Part shown: piece by piece, positions 1 through 9,969 of the stretch | Numbering within the stretch: position 1 is the first letter of the stretch | How the letters are laid out: every line of letters starts with the position of its first letter | Assembly: GCA_963786955.1 (NCBI GenBank) | Contig: CAWBAT010000004.1 | Coordinates: forward strand, 416,001 to 480,000 | From: an uncultured Acidimicrobiia bacterium | GTDB lineage: Bacteria > Acidobacteriota > Terriglobia > Versatilivoradales > Versatilivoraceae | Length of the DNA stretch: 64,000 nt | Direction of reading: 5' to 3' | Position numbers and translations under genes: made by a program | The notes under the pieces: generated by a model | The model's input: only the letters and a program-made list of their open reading frames with translations | The model's database searches: none | What the model was told of the DNA's origin: nothing

Positions 1-613
1 TGGGCTGCATCGCCTGGAGGAGGACGCCATCGACCCGGTATTTGATCATCACATCATTGTCTTCTGTCTCTATATGAATGTCACTGGCACGTCGCTCCAG
101 GGCATTAAAAATCGTCGAATCCACCAGCCGGATGATGGGGCTTTCACTTTCGCTTGTGAGCCTTTCAATCGAGATGGTTTCATCCCCGCTCTCATCCTCC
201 TTGATGAGATCCAGTGTAAATCCTTCCGTGGCCTCCTCGAGGACCCGCTGCGATGATTCACTCTTCTTGAGAATGTCACTGATTTGCGACCCCGTAGCCA
301 CCCGGACGACGATCTTCTTCCCCAACAATTCCCCTAGCTCGTCGGTCAGTAACAGCTCGCTGGGATCGGCAATCGCGATCAGAAGAGACCCGTTGAGGCT
401 TTTCAACGGAACAAAGTTGTAGCGGAACATGAGCTCTGCCGGAATCGTCCGAAACAGCTCGGGATCGATTGCTGAATTCTTAAGATCAACATATTCACAC
501 CGATATCGCTCCGAGAGTCGCTTTGCTGCTCTTTCTTCTTCCTCGGGATTAATTTTCTGGTCCGGCTTAGTCTGAAGTCGGACGTCCGTATTAGTGTTGA
601 TTTTCTGGTTCAT
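1..613 (-). CDS. pilB: GspE/PilB-family secretion/pilus assembly ATPase, N-terminal part (runs off window start)
   Basis: Manual translation from ATG at 613 gives MNQKIN...YNFVPLK...IAIADPS...SPIIRLVDSTIFNALERRASDIHIE...IKYRVDGVL, the GspE/PilB signature. It lies directly downstream of pilC. Confidence 0.88.
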   Translation of the reverse strand, partial: MNQKINTNTDVRLQTKPDQKINPEEEERAAKRLSERYRCEYVDLKNSAIDPELFRTIPAELMFRYNFVPLKSLNGSLLIAIADPSELLLTDELGELLGKKIVVRVATGSQISDILKKSESSQRVLEEATEGFTLDLIKEDESGDETISIERLTSESESPIIRLVDSTIFNALERRASDIHIETEDNDVMIKYRVDGVLLQAMQP

Positions 614-622
614 GCACGGTTC

Positions 623-1837
623 TCACGTCTGGATCATACTACTCAGATTGAAAATGGGTAAATAAAGCGCAATCAATACAAATGCGACAATCGTGGCTAA
701 GATCACCAAGAGAACAGGCTCGATATAGGTAAATATCTGGCTCAACCGGGCATTCACTTCCTCATCGTAAAAGTCTGCCACATGCCGGAGCATTTCGCTC
801 AAGGACCCGGTCGATTCGCCGACTTGCACCATCTCGATGGCCAATTCGGGGACTATTGGACTCGCTTCAAAACTTTTTGAGAGCGATTGACCTTCGCGTA
901 CCGAGACTATGGCAGCGCGCATGGCATTCGTAACCAAGCGGTTTCCCGTGGAGTCTGCGACGATTTCTAAGGCATTCACCAAAGGAATTCCCCCGGACAG
1001 TAGGGTTGAGAGGGTTCGGCTCAGTTGCGAAAAAGCAAACTTGTTCCATACGTCACCGATCAAGGGCAAGTTCAATTTCAAGGTATCCAATGTCATCCCA
1101 CCTTTTGGACTTCGACTCCAGATCCGGGTGCCAATGATCAAGGCCGCTATAACCAGGATTCCCGTCAGCAATTGGGAACGAATGGCGCGAGACACGGCGA
1201 TCAATATGATTGTCGTATCCGGCAGTTTGGCGCCCAGTCCCTCATAAAATAAAGCAAATTGAGGAACAACAACTGAGAGTAGATAGGTAACCAGGACGAC
1301 CAACAGGACAGCCAAAATCAAAGGGTAAGTCACGGCAGACTTGATTTTCGATTTCGTCGTGTCAATGGTCCTCTGGTACTCAATGTAGCGTCGGATCACT
1401 TCTTCAAGGTTGCCGCTTTTCTCCCCGGCATACAAGGAAGCGGTATAGACTTTAGGGAATACCCCCTGCGCCTCGAAGGCCTCCGAAAGGAGAGCACCCG
1501 ATTTGACGCGCGCGGCGATATCAGTCAGAAGGAACTGGAAACGCGGGTTTTTGACACGCTGAGTAAGTAGATCCAAAGACTTGAGAATAGGGAGGCCGGC
1601 ATGGACAAGAGCGAGAAATTGCTGGTTATAGATTATGAAATCTGTATTCTTGATCTTTTTTGGACGAGGTTGAAAGCCAAGCCCCAGAGTAAGCATTCCG
1701 CCTTTCTCCGCGATGGAGTAGACGTAATATCCTTGCTCATTCAAACGGTGGCGGAGGTCCGCTTCAGAAGGAGAGTTAAAGGTCCCTGTCAGTATCTCCC
1801 CATTGTTACTTGCATAGCGGCAGTGAAATTCGGCCAT
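623..1837 (-). CDS. pilC: Type II secretion F / type IV pilus platform protein PilC
   Basis: Two GspF repeats (AGLPILKSLDLL...GEKSGNL; GGIPLVNAL...VGESTGSL) and C-terminal ALYLPIFNL. Confidence 0.9.
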   Translation of the reverse strand: MAEFHCRYASNNGEILTGTFNSPSEADLRHRLNEQGYYVYSIAEKGGMLTLGLGFQPRPKKIKNTDFIIYNQQFLALVHAGLPILKSLDLLTQRVKNPRFQFLLTDIAARVKSGALLSEAFEAQGVFPKVYTASLYAGEKSGNLEEVIRRYIEYQRTIDTTKSKIKSAVTYPLILAVLLVVLVTYLLSVVVPQFALFYEGLGAKLPDTTIILIAVSRAIRSQLLTGILVIAALIIGTRIWSRSPKGGMTLDTLKLNLPLIGDVWNKFAFSQLSRTLSTLLSGGIPLVNALEIVADSTGNRLVTNAMRAAIVSVREGQSLSKSFEASPIVPELAIEMVQVGESTGSLSEMLRHVADFYDEEVNARLSQIFTYIEPVLLVILATIVAFVLIALYLPIFNLSSMIQT

Positions 1838-1963
1838 AATATTCGTAATGATAGGCTCTTTTGAAGAAGCTAGGGCATTCGGACCGGATAGCCAGTCGTA
1901 TTAAAGGAGTAATGCCGGAAGTAAACCACTGAACTTACTCCCTTTCTTCTAACTTATCGGCTA

Positions 1964-2680
1964 TTATCCTCCCGAATTCATTCCAGAATGCTTTTCATTA
2001 TCCAGGACTTCGACATTTGCCGGAATCTTAAAATTAAACAAACTTGTTTTTGTACCAATATTCTCCCGAATGTTACTGAAGACGAATTCGCTCGATGCTC
2101 CGTCAATCTCGAAGACTGTAACCCGCTGTAGTTGATAATGATAGGGGTCAAATTCCATAAGGATTTTGGAAAATTCGTCGATACCTTGCTTAGGGTAGGC
2201 ATAAATCATTTTGTTTCCAGGAAAAACGGGTTCTGTGTCGGAGACCCATTCAATTTTGGAAAAATCTCTTTTTAAGTTGCCTTTGCCCAGCAGGAAGAGG
2301 AAAGGAATGCGCTGGTCGCTACTTTCGCGAACCTTGGTTTTTTGAACCTGGCGCTCTCCCGGAAGGTAGAAGTAGATCATCTTCCCATCCGAAACAAACA
2401 ATTTTTCAGTGGGAGTCTTGTATTCCCACCGCATCATCCCGGGTCGCTTCAAGAAAAGGATTCCGGCTTCCGTTTTTGGAGCACGCCTCGGATTCTTGTA
2501 ATGTTGAAAGAACTCCATCTGGAGGTCTTGGATAGCTGAGTATCTCTTCTGCAGTCCTTGGATGGAAGATTCTAAGTCTGAAACAGTTACTCCTCCCGGG
2601 ATCCAGACAGAGGAAAGCAGGAAGAGCAAGAGAATACATCGATTAAACCAGTGACCTGCCGAGAGAAGATTTAGTTTCAT
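1964..2680 (-). CDS. lolA: Outer-membrane lipoprotein carrier LolA
   Basis: KRPGMMRWEY...LFVSDGK and FNFKIPANVEV motifs, plus a signal-peptide-like N-terminus. Confidence 0.88.
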   Translation of the reverse strand: MKLNLLSAGHWFNRCILLLFLLSSVWIPGGVTVSDLESSIQGLQKRYSAIQDLQMEFFQHYKNPRRAPKTEAGILFLKRPGMMRWEYKTPTEKLFVSDGKMIYFYLPGERQVQKTKVRESSDQRIPFLFLLGKGNLKRDFSKIEWVSDTEPVFPGNKMIYAYPKQGIDEFSKILMEFDPYHYQLQRVTVFEIDGASSEFVFSNIRENIGTKTSLFNFKIPANVEVLDNEKHSGMNSGG

Positions 2681-2801
2681 ATCTCTTCGCAGAAAGAAGT
2701 CCAGGGAAACATAGGCACAGGAAGCGCCATCAACCCATTTAACTATATCATAACCCCTTCATGGAACATTTCCGGCGCAAATCGACACAGAGGACAAGCC
2801 A

Positions 2802-4958
2802 ATGAAACAGGTCTTTATTAAGCGAGGCCAAGTCCTGGTGGAGGAGGTTCCAGCACCCATCTGTGATGACAATAGCCTGTTGATCGAGGTCGCCTATTCT
2901 TTGATCAGTTCAGGAACCGAAGCAGCCGGCATCACTCAATCTCAGCAGTCCCTCTTGGAACGGGCTCTGAAACAGCCTGAATTAGTAGAAAGAGTTGTGC
3001 ATAAGATCGCCCAGGAAGGACTTACCCGATCCTGGCAGTCCATTCGGGGTCAATTGGATTCCGGAATGCCCACCGGCTATTCCTGTTCAGGGACTGTCAT
3101 TCGAGTGGGGAGAAGCCTGAACGGTTTCCGCCCGGGAATGCAGGTGGCCTGTGCCGGGGCGGGAAAGGCGAGTCATGCCGAGATTGTATCGGTACCCGGC
3201 AATCTTTCCGTGCGTGTCCCGGAAGGCTGCGAATTGAAAGATGCCGCATCCGTCGCGTTGGGCTCAATTGCGCTTCAGGGGGTGAGGCGAACCAACCCCA
3301 ATCTGGGCGAGTCCATTGCTGTTATTGGCCTGGGTCTCGTGGGACAACTCACGGCACAATTGCTCACACTCTCCGGAGGACGGGTCATTGGTTTTGATCC
3401 GATGAGCTCGAGAGTCGCCGTCGCGAAGGCATTGGGAATCTATGTTGGATTTGACAGTGCCGAAAACCCTGTCGACCAGGTCATGCAGTTAACCGAGGGC
3501 GTGGGAGTTGATGCCACTGTGATCACCGCCGCTAGTCCCGACAGTGAAATTGTGCAGCAGGCGATGCAAATCACGCGAAAGAAGGGACGCGTTGTTGTCG
3601 TAGGGGACGTGGGTCTCTCCCTTAGACGGTCCCCTTTATATGAGAAAGAGATCGATTTCCTGATTTCGTGTTCTTACGGGCCTGGCCGTTATGATGCCGA
3701 CTTTGAGGAACGCGGCGCCGACTATCCATTGGCGTATGTGCGCTGGACGGAAACCCGAAATATGCAGGAATACCTCCGCCTATTGGCCGAGAAGCGCTTA
3801 GATTTCGCAAAATTAATTGACCGGGAATTCCCGGTCAATGAAGCAGAGAAAGCCTTCCAATCGCTCCAGAGAGACACTCCCCGCCCTCTCGCCGTCATCC
3901 TTACTTACCGCAAGGCGGATGAAACGACGCTGACTAAGAAACTTCAGTCGAGCGTAACGGTATTGCCGCAAGAAACAAAAGGAGGAAAGATCAAATTAGC
4001 GGTGATTGGAGCGGGTGCATTCGCGAAAGGGACTCACCTGCCAAATCTCCGTGCCCTCTCTCAATTCTATGATTTGGAGACCATCGTTTGTCGGAGCGGA
4101 GCCAACGCCAGAAACGCAGCTCAACACTTTGGCGCTCACAACGCCTCAACGGATTTTGAAAAAGTTCTCGAGGATCCGGCAGTTGAAGCCGTCTTGATCT
4201 GCACGAGACATGACACTCACGCAAGCCAGACTTTGCAAGCTCTGCAGGCCGGGAAGCATGTTCTGGTTGAGAAGCCCTTGGCCCTCAATCGTGATGAATT
4301 AGAGAAGATCGAGCATTTCTTCGAAGCGACGAATGGAGAGAAGAAATTTCCCGTGCTGCTCACTGGTTTTAACCGCCGGTTTTCTCCATTTGCGCGCAAG
4401 ATTGCCGATTGGCTAAAAGAACGCCGTAGTCCCATGATTTTGAATTATCGGATCAACGCCGGTTATCTCCCCTTGAATCACTGGGTTCACACTGAAGAGG
4501 GAGGTGGCCGCAATCGGGGGGAAGCCTGCCACATCTATGACCTATTTACCTTTCTGACCGGGCAACCGGTAACTCGAGTTCAAGCTCAACCCATTACTCC
4601 CGGTTCGACCCAATATGGACTCTTTGATAACTTCGTTGCCACGATGAGCTTTGCAGATGGATCGGTGGCTACTCTCACGTACACCGCGATGGGGGCGAAG
4701 GAGTATCCGAAGGAGCTTCTGGAGATCTATTGCGAAGGGAAAGTCATCCTAATGGAAGACTTCAAGAAACTTTCCTTGAAGGGTACCCGTTCGAGCCAGG
4801 AAGCATTGAGAATACAGAATAAAGGCCACCGAGAAGAGCTCCTTGCGTTTGCCACTGCCATCCGTCGGGGCGGAGAGCTTGCCGCTCCCTTCTGGCAGCA
4901 AGTGCAGGCAACCCGAATTGCCATCGAAGTTGAAGAACTTATTGCAGGGTCCCTCTAA
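2802..4958 (+). CDS. Bi-domain oxidoreductase (MDR/zinc-dehydrogenase-like plus Gfo/Idh/MocA), nucleotide-sugar modification
   Basis: SLISSGTE, GYSCSG and GLGLVG in the N-half; IGAGAF, GKHVLVEKP and GFNRRFSP in the C-half. Confidence 0.85.
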   Translation: MKQVFIKRGQVLVEEVPAPICDDNSLLIEVAYSLISSGTEAAGITQSQQSLLERALKQPELVERVVHKIAQEGLTRSWQSIRGQLDSGMPTGYSCSGTVIRVGRSLNGFRPGMQVACAGAGKASHAEIVSVPGNLSVRVPEGCELKDAASVALGSIALQGVRRTNPNLGESIAVIGLGLVGQLTAQLLTLSGGRVIGFDPMSSRVAVAKALGIYVGFDSAENPVDQVMQLTEGVGVDATVITAASPDSEIVQQAMQITRKKGRVVVVGDVGLSLRRSPLYEKEIDFLISCSYGPGRYDADFEERGADYPLAYVRWTETRNMQEYLRLLAEKRLDFAKLIDREFPVNEAEKAFQSLQRDTPRPLAVILTYRKADETTLTKKLQSSVTVLPQETKGGKIKLAVIGAGAFAKGTHLPNLRALSQFYDLETIVCRSGANARNAAQHFGAHNASTDFEKVLEDPAVEAVLICTRHDTHASQTLQALQAGKHVLVEKPLALNRDELEKIEHFFEATNGEKKFPVLLTGFNRRFSPFARKIADWLKERRSPMILNYRINAGYLPLNHWVHTEEGGGRNRGEACHIYDLFTFLTGQPVTRVQAQPITPGSTQYGLFDNFVATMSFADGSVATLTYTAMGAKEYPKELLEIYCEGKVILMEDFKKLSLKGTRSSQEALRIQNKGHREELLAFATAIRRGGELAAPFWQQVQATRIAIEVEELIAGSL

Positions 4959-6857
4959 ATGTGTGGAATTGTCGGCACTCTTGTCTTCAAACAAAGTGAC
5001 TTCCGGATTGAGGAGCCCTACCTCGTCCGCATGCGCGATGCTATGCAATTGCGCGGACCGGATGGCAAGGGCGCCTGGATATCGGCCGATCGCAAGATCG
5101 GTCTGGGGCACCGCCGGCTGTCCATCATCGATCTCTCGGAGTTGGCTGCTCAGCCGATGTCAAACGAAGAGGGGAACCTCTGGGTTTCCTTCAACGGAGA
5201 AATTTACAATCACGCCGAAATCCGTGCCGAATTGGAAAAGATTGGCGGTCACCGCTGGAAAACCGACCACTCCGATACGGAAGTCATCCTTCACGCCTTT
5301 GAAGAATGGGGGATTGACTGCATTCAACGCTTTCGGGGCATGTTTGCGATCGCTCTATGGGACGCCAATCGGCAGGAGCTGTGGCTGATTCGAGACCGCA
5401 TCGGGATCAAACCTCTCTATTACAGCCTGCATCATCAACGGCTCACCTTTGCCTCTGAAATCAAGGCGTTGCTTCAGGATCCTGAACAGCCACGGGCTGT
5501 GAGTGAAGAAGCGTTTTACCATTATCTTTCTTTCCTCACCACTCCTGCTCCCCAGACACTGTTTGAGGGGATACGAAAGCTTCCCTGCGGCACATGGCTC
5601 AAAGCAGATCGAGAGGGACGAATTTCTGAACACTGTTATTGGGATGTTTGGGACCATGCTCAACCTCTCAGTACTCGGAATGACGACGAGCTAGCCGAAT
5701 TAATTCTCTCCGAACTGCGAACCGCTGTGAGGATCCACAAAGTGAGTGATGTCCCGGTGGGAGTGTTTCTTTCGGGTGGAATTGATTCCAGCACGAATGC
5801 GGCTTTATTCTCGGAAAATGGAAATGGTCAGGTAAAAACATTCAGTATCGGCTACCAAGGCAAATACCAAAGTTATCAGAACGAATTACACTATGCCCGA
5901 GTCATCGCTGAAAAGGTCCATGCCGAACATCACGAGCGTCTGCTCAATGTGAACGACTTGATTGAATTCCTCCCTGAAATGATCCGACTCCAAGACGAGC
6001 CCATTGCGGACCCCGTGTGCGTCCCTGTCTATTACGTTTCAAAGCTGGCCCGGGATCATGGAGTCAGCGTCTGTCAAGTGGGTGAAGGGGCTGATGAATT
6101 ATTCTGGGGCTATCCGGGTTGGAAGGAGTCATTGCGCTTGCAACAGTATAACGATTGGCCAGTCCCATCCGCACTCAAACGGACCGCATTGGCAATCCTT
6201 CGCTCGTCCGGCAAAGATGAAGGTTTCGCTTATGAGTGGCTTCGGCGCGGGGCAGCAGAACTGCCCATCTTCTGGGGCGGGGCCGAAGCATTCACAGAAA
6301 CCGGAAAGAAGAGGGTGCTTTCTCCGCGGTTGCGAGCAAAGTTTTCAAACTTTTCTTCCTGGGAGGCGATTCGCCCCATCTACAAACAATTTAAGGAAAA
6401 CGCCTGGGAAAAATCTCACCTGAACTGGATGAGCTATCTGGATTTAAAACTCCGGTTGCCTGAACTGCTCTTGATGCGTGTTGATAAGATGAGCATGGGC
6501 GTGAGCCTCGAGGGGCGCGTTCCTTTCCTGGATCACCAGTTTGTTGAAATGGCTTTGGGCATTCCTGAAAAAGCAAAAACTCAGCATGGGACATTGAAAT
6601 ACCTCCTCAAGAAAGCGGTGCGGGGAATCATTCCCGATGAGTTGATCGATCGCAAGAAACAAGGCTTCGGTGTCCCCATTTACGAATGGTTCTTTGGAGA
6701 ATTGGGGCAGCGGGCCAGGCAAGAGCTGAATGAGTGTTGCGAAAACAGCGACTTTCTCGACAAAACAGAGGTGAATCGTCTGCTCGATCAGGGGCAACAC
6801 TCCCAGGCATGGTACCTATTAAATTTTGCCCTGTGGTGGAAGGAATACCTGGCTTGA
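4959..6857 (+). CDS. asnB: AsnB-like glutamine amidotransferase (probable sugar amidation)
   Basis: N-terminal MCGI, then RGPD, FNGEIYN, LSGGIDSS, GEGADE and RVPFLD. Confidence 0.9.
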   Translation: MCGIVGTLVFKQSDFRIEEPYLVRMRDAMQLRGPDGKGAWISADRKIGLGHRRLSIIDLSELAAQPMSNEEGNLWVSFNGEIYNHAEIRAELEKIGGHRWKTDHSDTEVILHAFEEWGIDCIQRFRGMFAIALWDANRQELWLIRDRIGIKPLYYSLHHQRLTFASEIKALLQDPEQPRAVSEEAFYHYLSFLTTPAPQTLFEGIRKLPCGTWLKADREGRISEHCYWDVWDHAQPLSTRNDDELAELILSELRTAVRIHKVSDVPVGVFLSGGIDSSTNAALFSENGNGQVKTFSIGYQGKYQSYQNELHYARVIAEKVHAEHHERLLNVNDLIEFLPEMIRLQDEPIADPVCVPVYYVSKLARDHGVSVCQVGEGADELFWGYPGWKESLRLQQYNDWPVPSALKRTALAILRSSGKDEGFAYEWLRRGAAELPIFWGGAEAFTETGKKRVLSPRLRAKFSNFSSWEAIRPIYKQFKENAWEKSHLNWMSYLDLKLRLPELLLMRVDKMSMGVSLEGRVPFLDHQFVEMALGIPEKAKTQHGTLKYLLKKAVRGIIPDELIDRKKQGFGVPIYEWFFGELGQRARQELNECCENSDFLDKTEVNRLLDQGQHSQAWYLLNFALWWKEYLA

Positions 6858-8158
6858 TGGCAAGAACAGAAACCCTGACAAGGTTGTCTCTGGTTTGGCT
6901 GCAAGAATTCATGTTCCCCTTCTTTAAGAAGGCCGCGAACTCCGACTTTTCCCAAAAAGTCATTGAGACCTTTGTCACCCGAATCCTATTGATCGGGATT
7001 GGTTTGGTCACCTCTGTCATCGTGGCTAGAATTCTCGGCCCGGAAGGCCGAGGGCTCTATGCTGTCGCACTCGCCGTGGGCGCGATTGGGATGCAGTTTG
7101 GGAATTTGGGTCTCCACGCTTCCAATACTTACTTTGTCTCTCGCGATCGTGGTTTGCTCCCTTTTCTGGTGAGTAACACTCTGCTGGTCAGCTTTGCTTG
7201 GGGAGGAACGGGGGCTCTGCTTGCCGGGTTAGCATTCTCTTTCTGGCCTCGTTTTGCGCCATTGCAAGGGAATCTCCTCACACTCGCCCTGATCTCCATC
7301 CCACTTGGCCTTGCTTACCTCTTATTTCAAAACCTCTTGATCGGGATTCAAGAAGTGCGTGTTTTCAATATGATCGAGTTGTTGAGCAAGATTCTCAGTG
7401 TTGCCTTAATCACTGCAGTCATCCTTTTTCAATGGGTCACGGTGGAGTCTATCTTTTGTTCTCAGTTGATCGCTCTGTTGGCCGCATTCCTTTGGTGCCT
7501 CGTGCATCTGGGGAAGAAATTGTCCGCCTGGTGCTGGCCCTCCATAGAGTTGCTAAGAAGCCACTTGGGGTATGGGTTTCGGTCATTTCTGGCATCCTTT
7601 GGGGCATATTTGGTCTTGAGACTGGATCTGCTCCTGGTGCAGTACATTCTGGGTGCGAAACAAGCGGGATATTATTCCATCGCCGGAACAATGGCAGACA
7701 TGGTTTATCTATTGCCTACCGTCACGGGAACCATACTTTTCCCCAAGCTCTCTGCCATGACCAATAATCGAGAGAAGTGGGCGTATGTCAAGAAAATCAC
7801 TGCCCTAATGGGCGCTGTCATGTTGGTCATCTGCAGCCTGGGAGCCCTATTTGTGAAGCCGCTGGTAATGATCTTATTCGGGAGACCTTTTTTGCCCGCC
7901 GTTCCTGCCTTTATCTGGTTGATGCCTGGGATTGTCTTCTGGGCGATTTCCACCTTTCCGTTACTCTATCTTCAAAGCTCAGGAATGCCCCGCCAAGTGA
8001 TTTACATTTGGGGGGTATTGATATCGACGAATGTTACCTTGAACGTCTTGTTCTTGGAGACATGGGGGATCGTGGGCGCAGCTATTATCTCATCGGCAAC
8101 CTACTTAATGAGCTTTCTCGCGTTTGGCGCCTATGCGCAAAAACAGAGCCATGGATAA
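6857..8158 (+). CDS. Wzx-type oligosaccharide flippase
   Basis: Highly hydrophobic, with ARILGPEGRG and GYYSIA motifs. The ATG at 6857 overlaps the asnB stop (TGATG). Confidence 0.85.
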   Translation: MARTETLTRLSLVWLQEFMFPFFKKAANSDFSQKVIETFVTRILLIGIGLVTSVIVARILGPEGRGLYAVALAVGAIGMQFGNLGLHASNTYFVSRDRGLLPFLVSNTLLVSFAWGGTGALLAGLAFSFWPRFAPLQGNLLTLALISIPLGLAYLLFQNLLIGIQEVRVFNMIELLSKILSVALITAVILFQWVTVESIFCSQLIALLAAFLWCLVHLGKKLSAWCWPSIELLRSHLGYGFRSFLASFGAYLVLRLDLLLVQYILGAKQAGYYSIAGTMADMVYLLPTVTGTILFPKLSAMTNNREKWAYVKKITALMGAVMLVICSLGALFVKPLVMILFGRPFLPAVPAFIWLMPGIVFWAISTFPLLYLQSSGMPRQVIYIWGVLISTNVTLNVLFLETWGIVGAAIISSATYLMSFLAFGAYAQKQSHG

Positions 8159-8864
8159 AGAACTGGAAAGAATCAAGAGATCTTGGGATCTGTCCGCCGC
8201 TACCGACAATCGAATGAAGGCGGTGCACTACACGATTAACGGAGAACCGCTTCCCGAATCGATCTACGACGACATCTATGAATACATCCATCTGCAATTG
8301 GGATTCGAATCACAGGATCTCGTCCTGGATATCGGAGCCGGATCGGGCCTGCTACTGGAACGGATTGCCCGAAATGTGAAAGTGGCTATTGGCACGGACA
8401 TTTCAAGGAATATGCTTAAGTTGGCTCCCCGCAAAGAAAACCTCTTTGTCCAGCAAATGGATGCCTCAGCCCTCGCCTTTGGAGGCGAAACTTTTGACAA
8501 GGTCATTTGCAATAGCGTGATCCAATACCTGCCCAATTTGGACTATTTCGAACAGTACTTTGCTGAAATGATCCGCGTCTGCAAGCAGGGTGGCGTCATT
8601 TTTATCGGTGATCTTTTTAATGCTTATCTAAAAGATCTCTGGACCGGCTATCAATACCCCTTGAGCTGGAGGTCGCGTTTGACGAGCTTGTTGAACCAGC
8701 TAAGGGGCCAGCAAGACACAGAGTATCTTTTTATCGACCCGCGTCAGCTCATGCAGTGGTCTCGACAGTTCGGATGTCGGAATTTCAAGGCACTTTTGCA
8801 GCTAAGTCCCCAGAAGCCGATACTCCACAAAATGTTCCGATATGATGCCGTTATCACTAAGTAA
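8151..8864 (+). CDS. Class I SAM-dependent methyltransferase
   Basis: VLDIGAGSG motif I and FDKVICNSVIQY. ATG at 8151 overlaps the end of the flippase gene. Confidence 0.85.
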   Translation: MDKELERIKRSWDLSAATDNRMKAVHYTINGEPLPESIYDDIYEYIHLQLGFESQDLVLDIGAGSGLLLERIARNVKVAIGTDISRNMLKLAPRKENLFVQQMDASALAFGGETFDKVICNSVIQYLPNLDYFEQYFAEMIRVCKQGGVIFIGDLFNAYLKDLWTGYQYPLSWRSRLTSLLNQLRGQQDTEYLFIDPRQLMQWSRQFGCRNFKALLQLSPQKPILHKMFRYDAVITK

Positions 8865-9969
8865 AGACCTGACCGGTGATTTTGCCTTCTATACCACCTT
8901 TGCACGGACGGCACTTTATGGCGCACTGCGAGCTTGTTTTAGCCCAGCAAGAGATTATGAAGTCATGCTACCGGCTTTTACCTGCACCGCGGTCATCGAT
9001 GCCATTGTTCAGGCTGGCGCTAAACCGATATTCGTTGATGTTATGTCCGACACGCTGAACATGAATTTGCAGGAGCTAGAGACGAAACTCACCCCGAAAA
9101 CGAGAGCCGTCATCAGCCACCATTATTATGGCGGCTTGTCCACAAACCTCGACCAACTCAATCGAATTTGTTCGCAGCGGGGGATTGTCCATATCGAGGA
9201 TTGTGCTCACTCACTCGGAGCGCGCTGGGGCAATAAAATAGCGGGTTCCTGGGGCCAATTATCCGTGTACTCCTTCTCCAAGACTATGATGAACCCGGGC
9301 GGAGGATGTATTACGACAAATGACCCGAAGATCTTTGAAACGCTTCAAGATCTTTTTCGCGAGAAAGAATTCAAGGCCGAAGTTTTCAAGAATCAGCAAG
9401 CCTTTAAACACATGGGGGATCGGTACCGTGAGATCACCGGTCAGAACCACTCCACGTCATGGCTGGTGCTGGTTTCCAGGCTTCCCCTCTCTCTGCTGCG
9501 CCGGGTTTCACATTTTGAGGTCGAAAAGGTTAACGGTCGTTTCTATCAGATCGACGAGCTCAGCGGTGGCTATTACCCAATCGAAATGGATATCTCGATG
9601 ACAAAGCTGCAATGGAAATACATTCAGCGGACACTCGAGCGAATGGACGATCTGATCCGGAGGAGAAAGGAATTGTACGCCAAATTGACGGCACGGATTC
9701 CGGCCACCTTCTTCGACAAAGAGATGGACCCCACAGGGAATTATTTCCCGCTGCAAGTGAAAGACAAAGGGTCCGTGATTCAGGCGGGCAGGCAAAGAGG
9801 GATCCGATTGCTTGAAACATGGCCCGCTTTTCAAAACTCTTGGCAAGGACAGAAAACAAATAACGTTTCCTACATGGCCAATAAGATCGTTCTCATCCAT
9901 CTGGATGAATTCCTCAATCCCAAGGAGTATGACAAGCTTGCAAGATTTGTCGAAGAATATCGAAATTAG
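8842..9969 (+). CDS. DegT/DnrJ/EryC1/StrS-family PLP aminotransferase
   Basis: PAFTC, IEDCAHSLG and YSFSKT (PLP lysine) motifs. Confidence 0.82.
   Translation: MMPLSLSKDLTGDFAFYTTFARTALYGALRACFSPARDYEVMLPAFTCTAVIDAIVQAGAKPIFVDVMSDTLNMNLQELETKLTPKTRAVISHHYYGGLSTNLDQLNRICSQRGIVHIEDCAHSLGARWGNKIAGSWGQLSVYSFSKTMMNPGGGCITTNDPKIFETLQDLFREKEFKAEVFKNQQAFKHMGDRYREITGQNHSTSWLVLVSRLPLSLLRRVSHFEVEKVNGRFYQIDELSGGYYPIEMDISMTKLQWKYIQRTLERMDDLIRRRKELYAKLTARIPATFFDKEMDPTGNYFPLQVKDKGSVIQAGRQRGIRLLETWPAFQNSWQGQKTNNVSYMANKIVLIHLDEFLNPKEYDKLARFVEEYRN

Noticed and set aside
6734-6856. Extended N-termini in the ORF track (flippase; also rpsI, rpsJ, rplD, rplV, rplX, rpoA, coaBC)
   Set aside because: They overlap upstream genes or lack similarity to the family. 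Downstream starts fit better.
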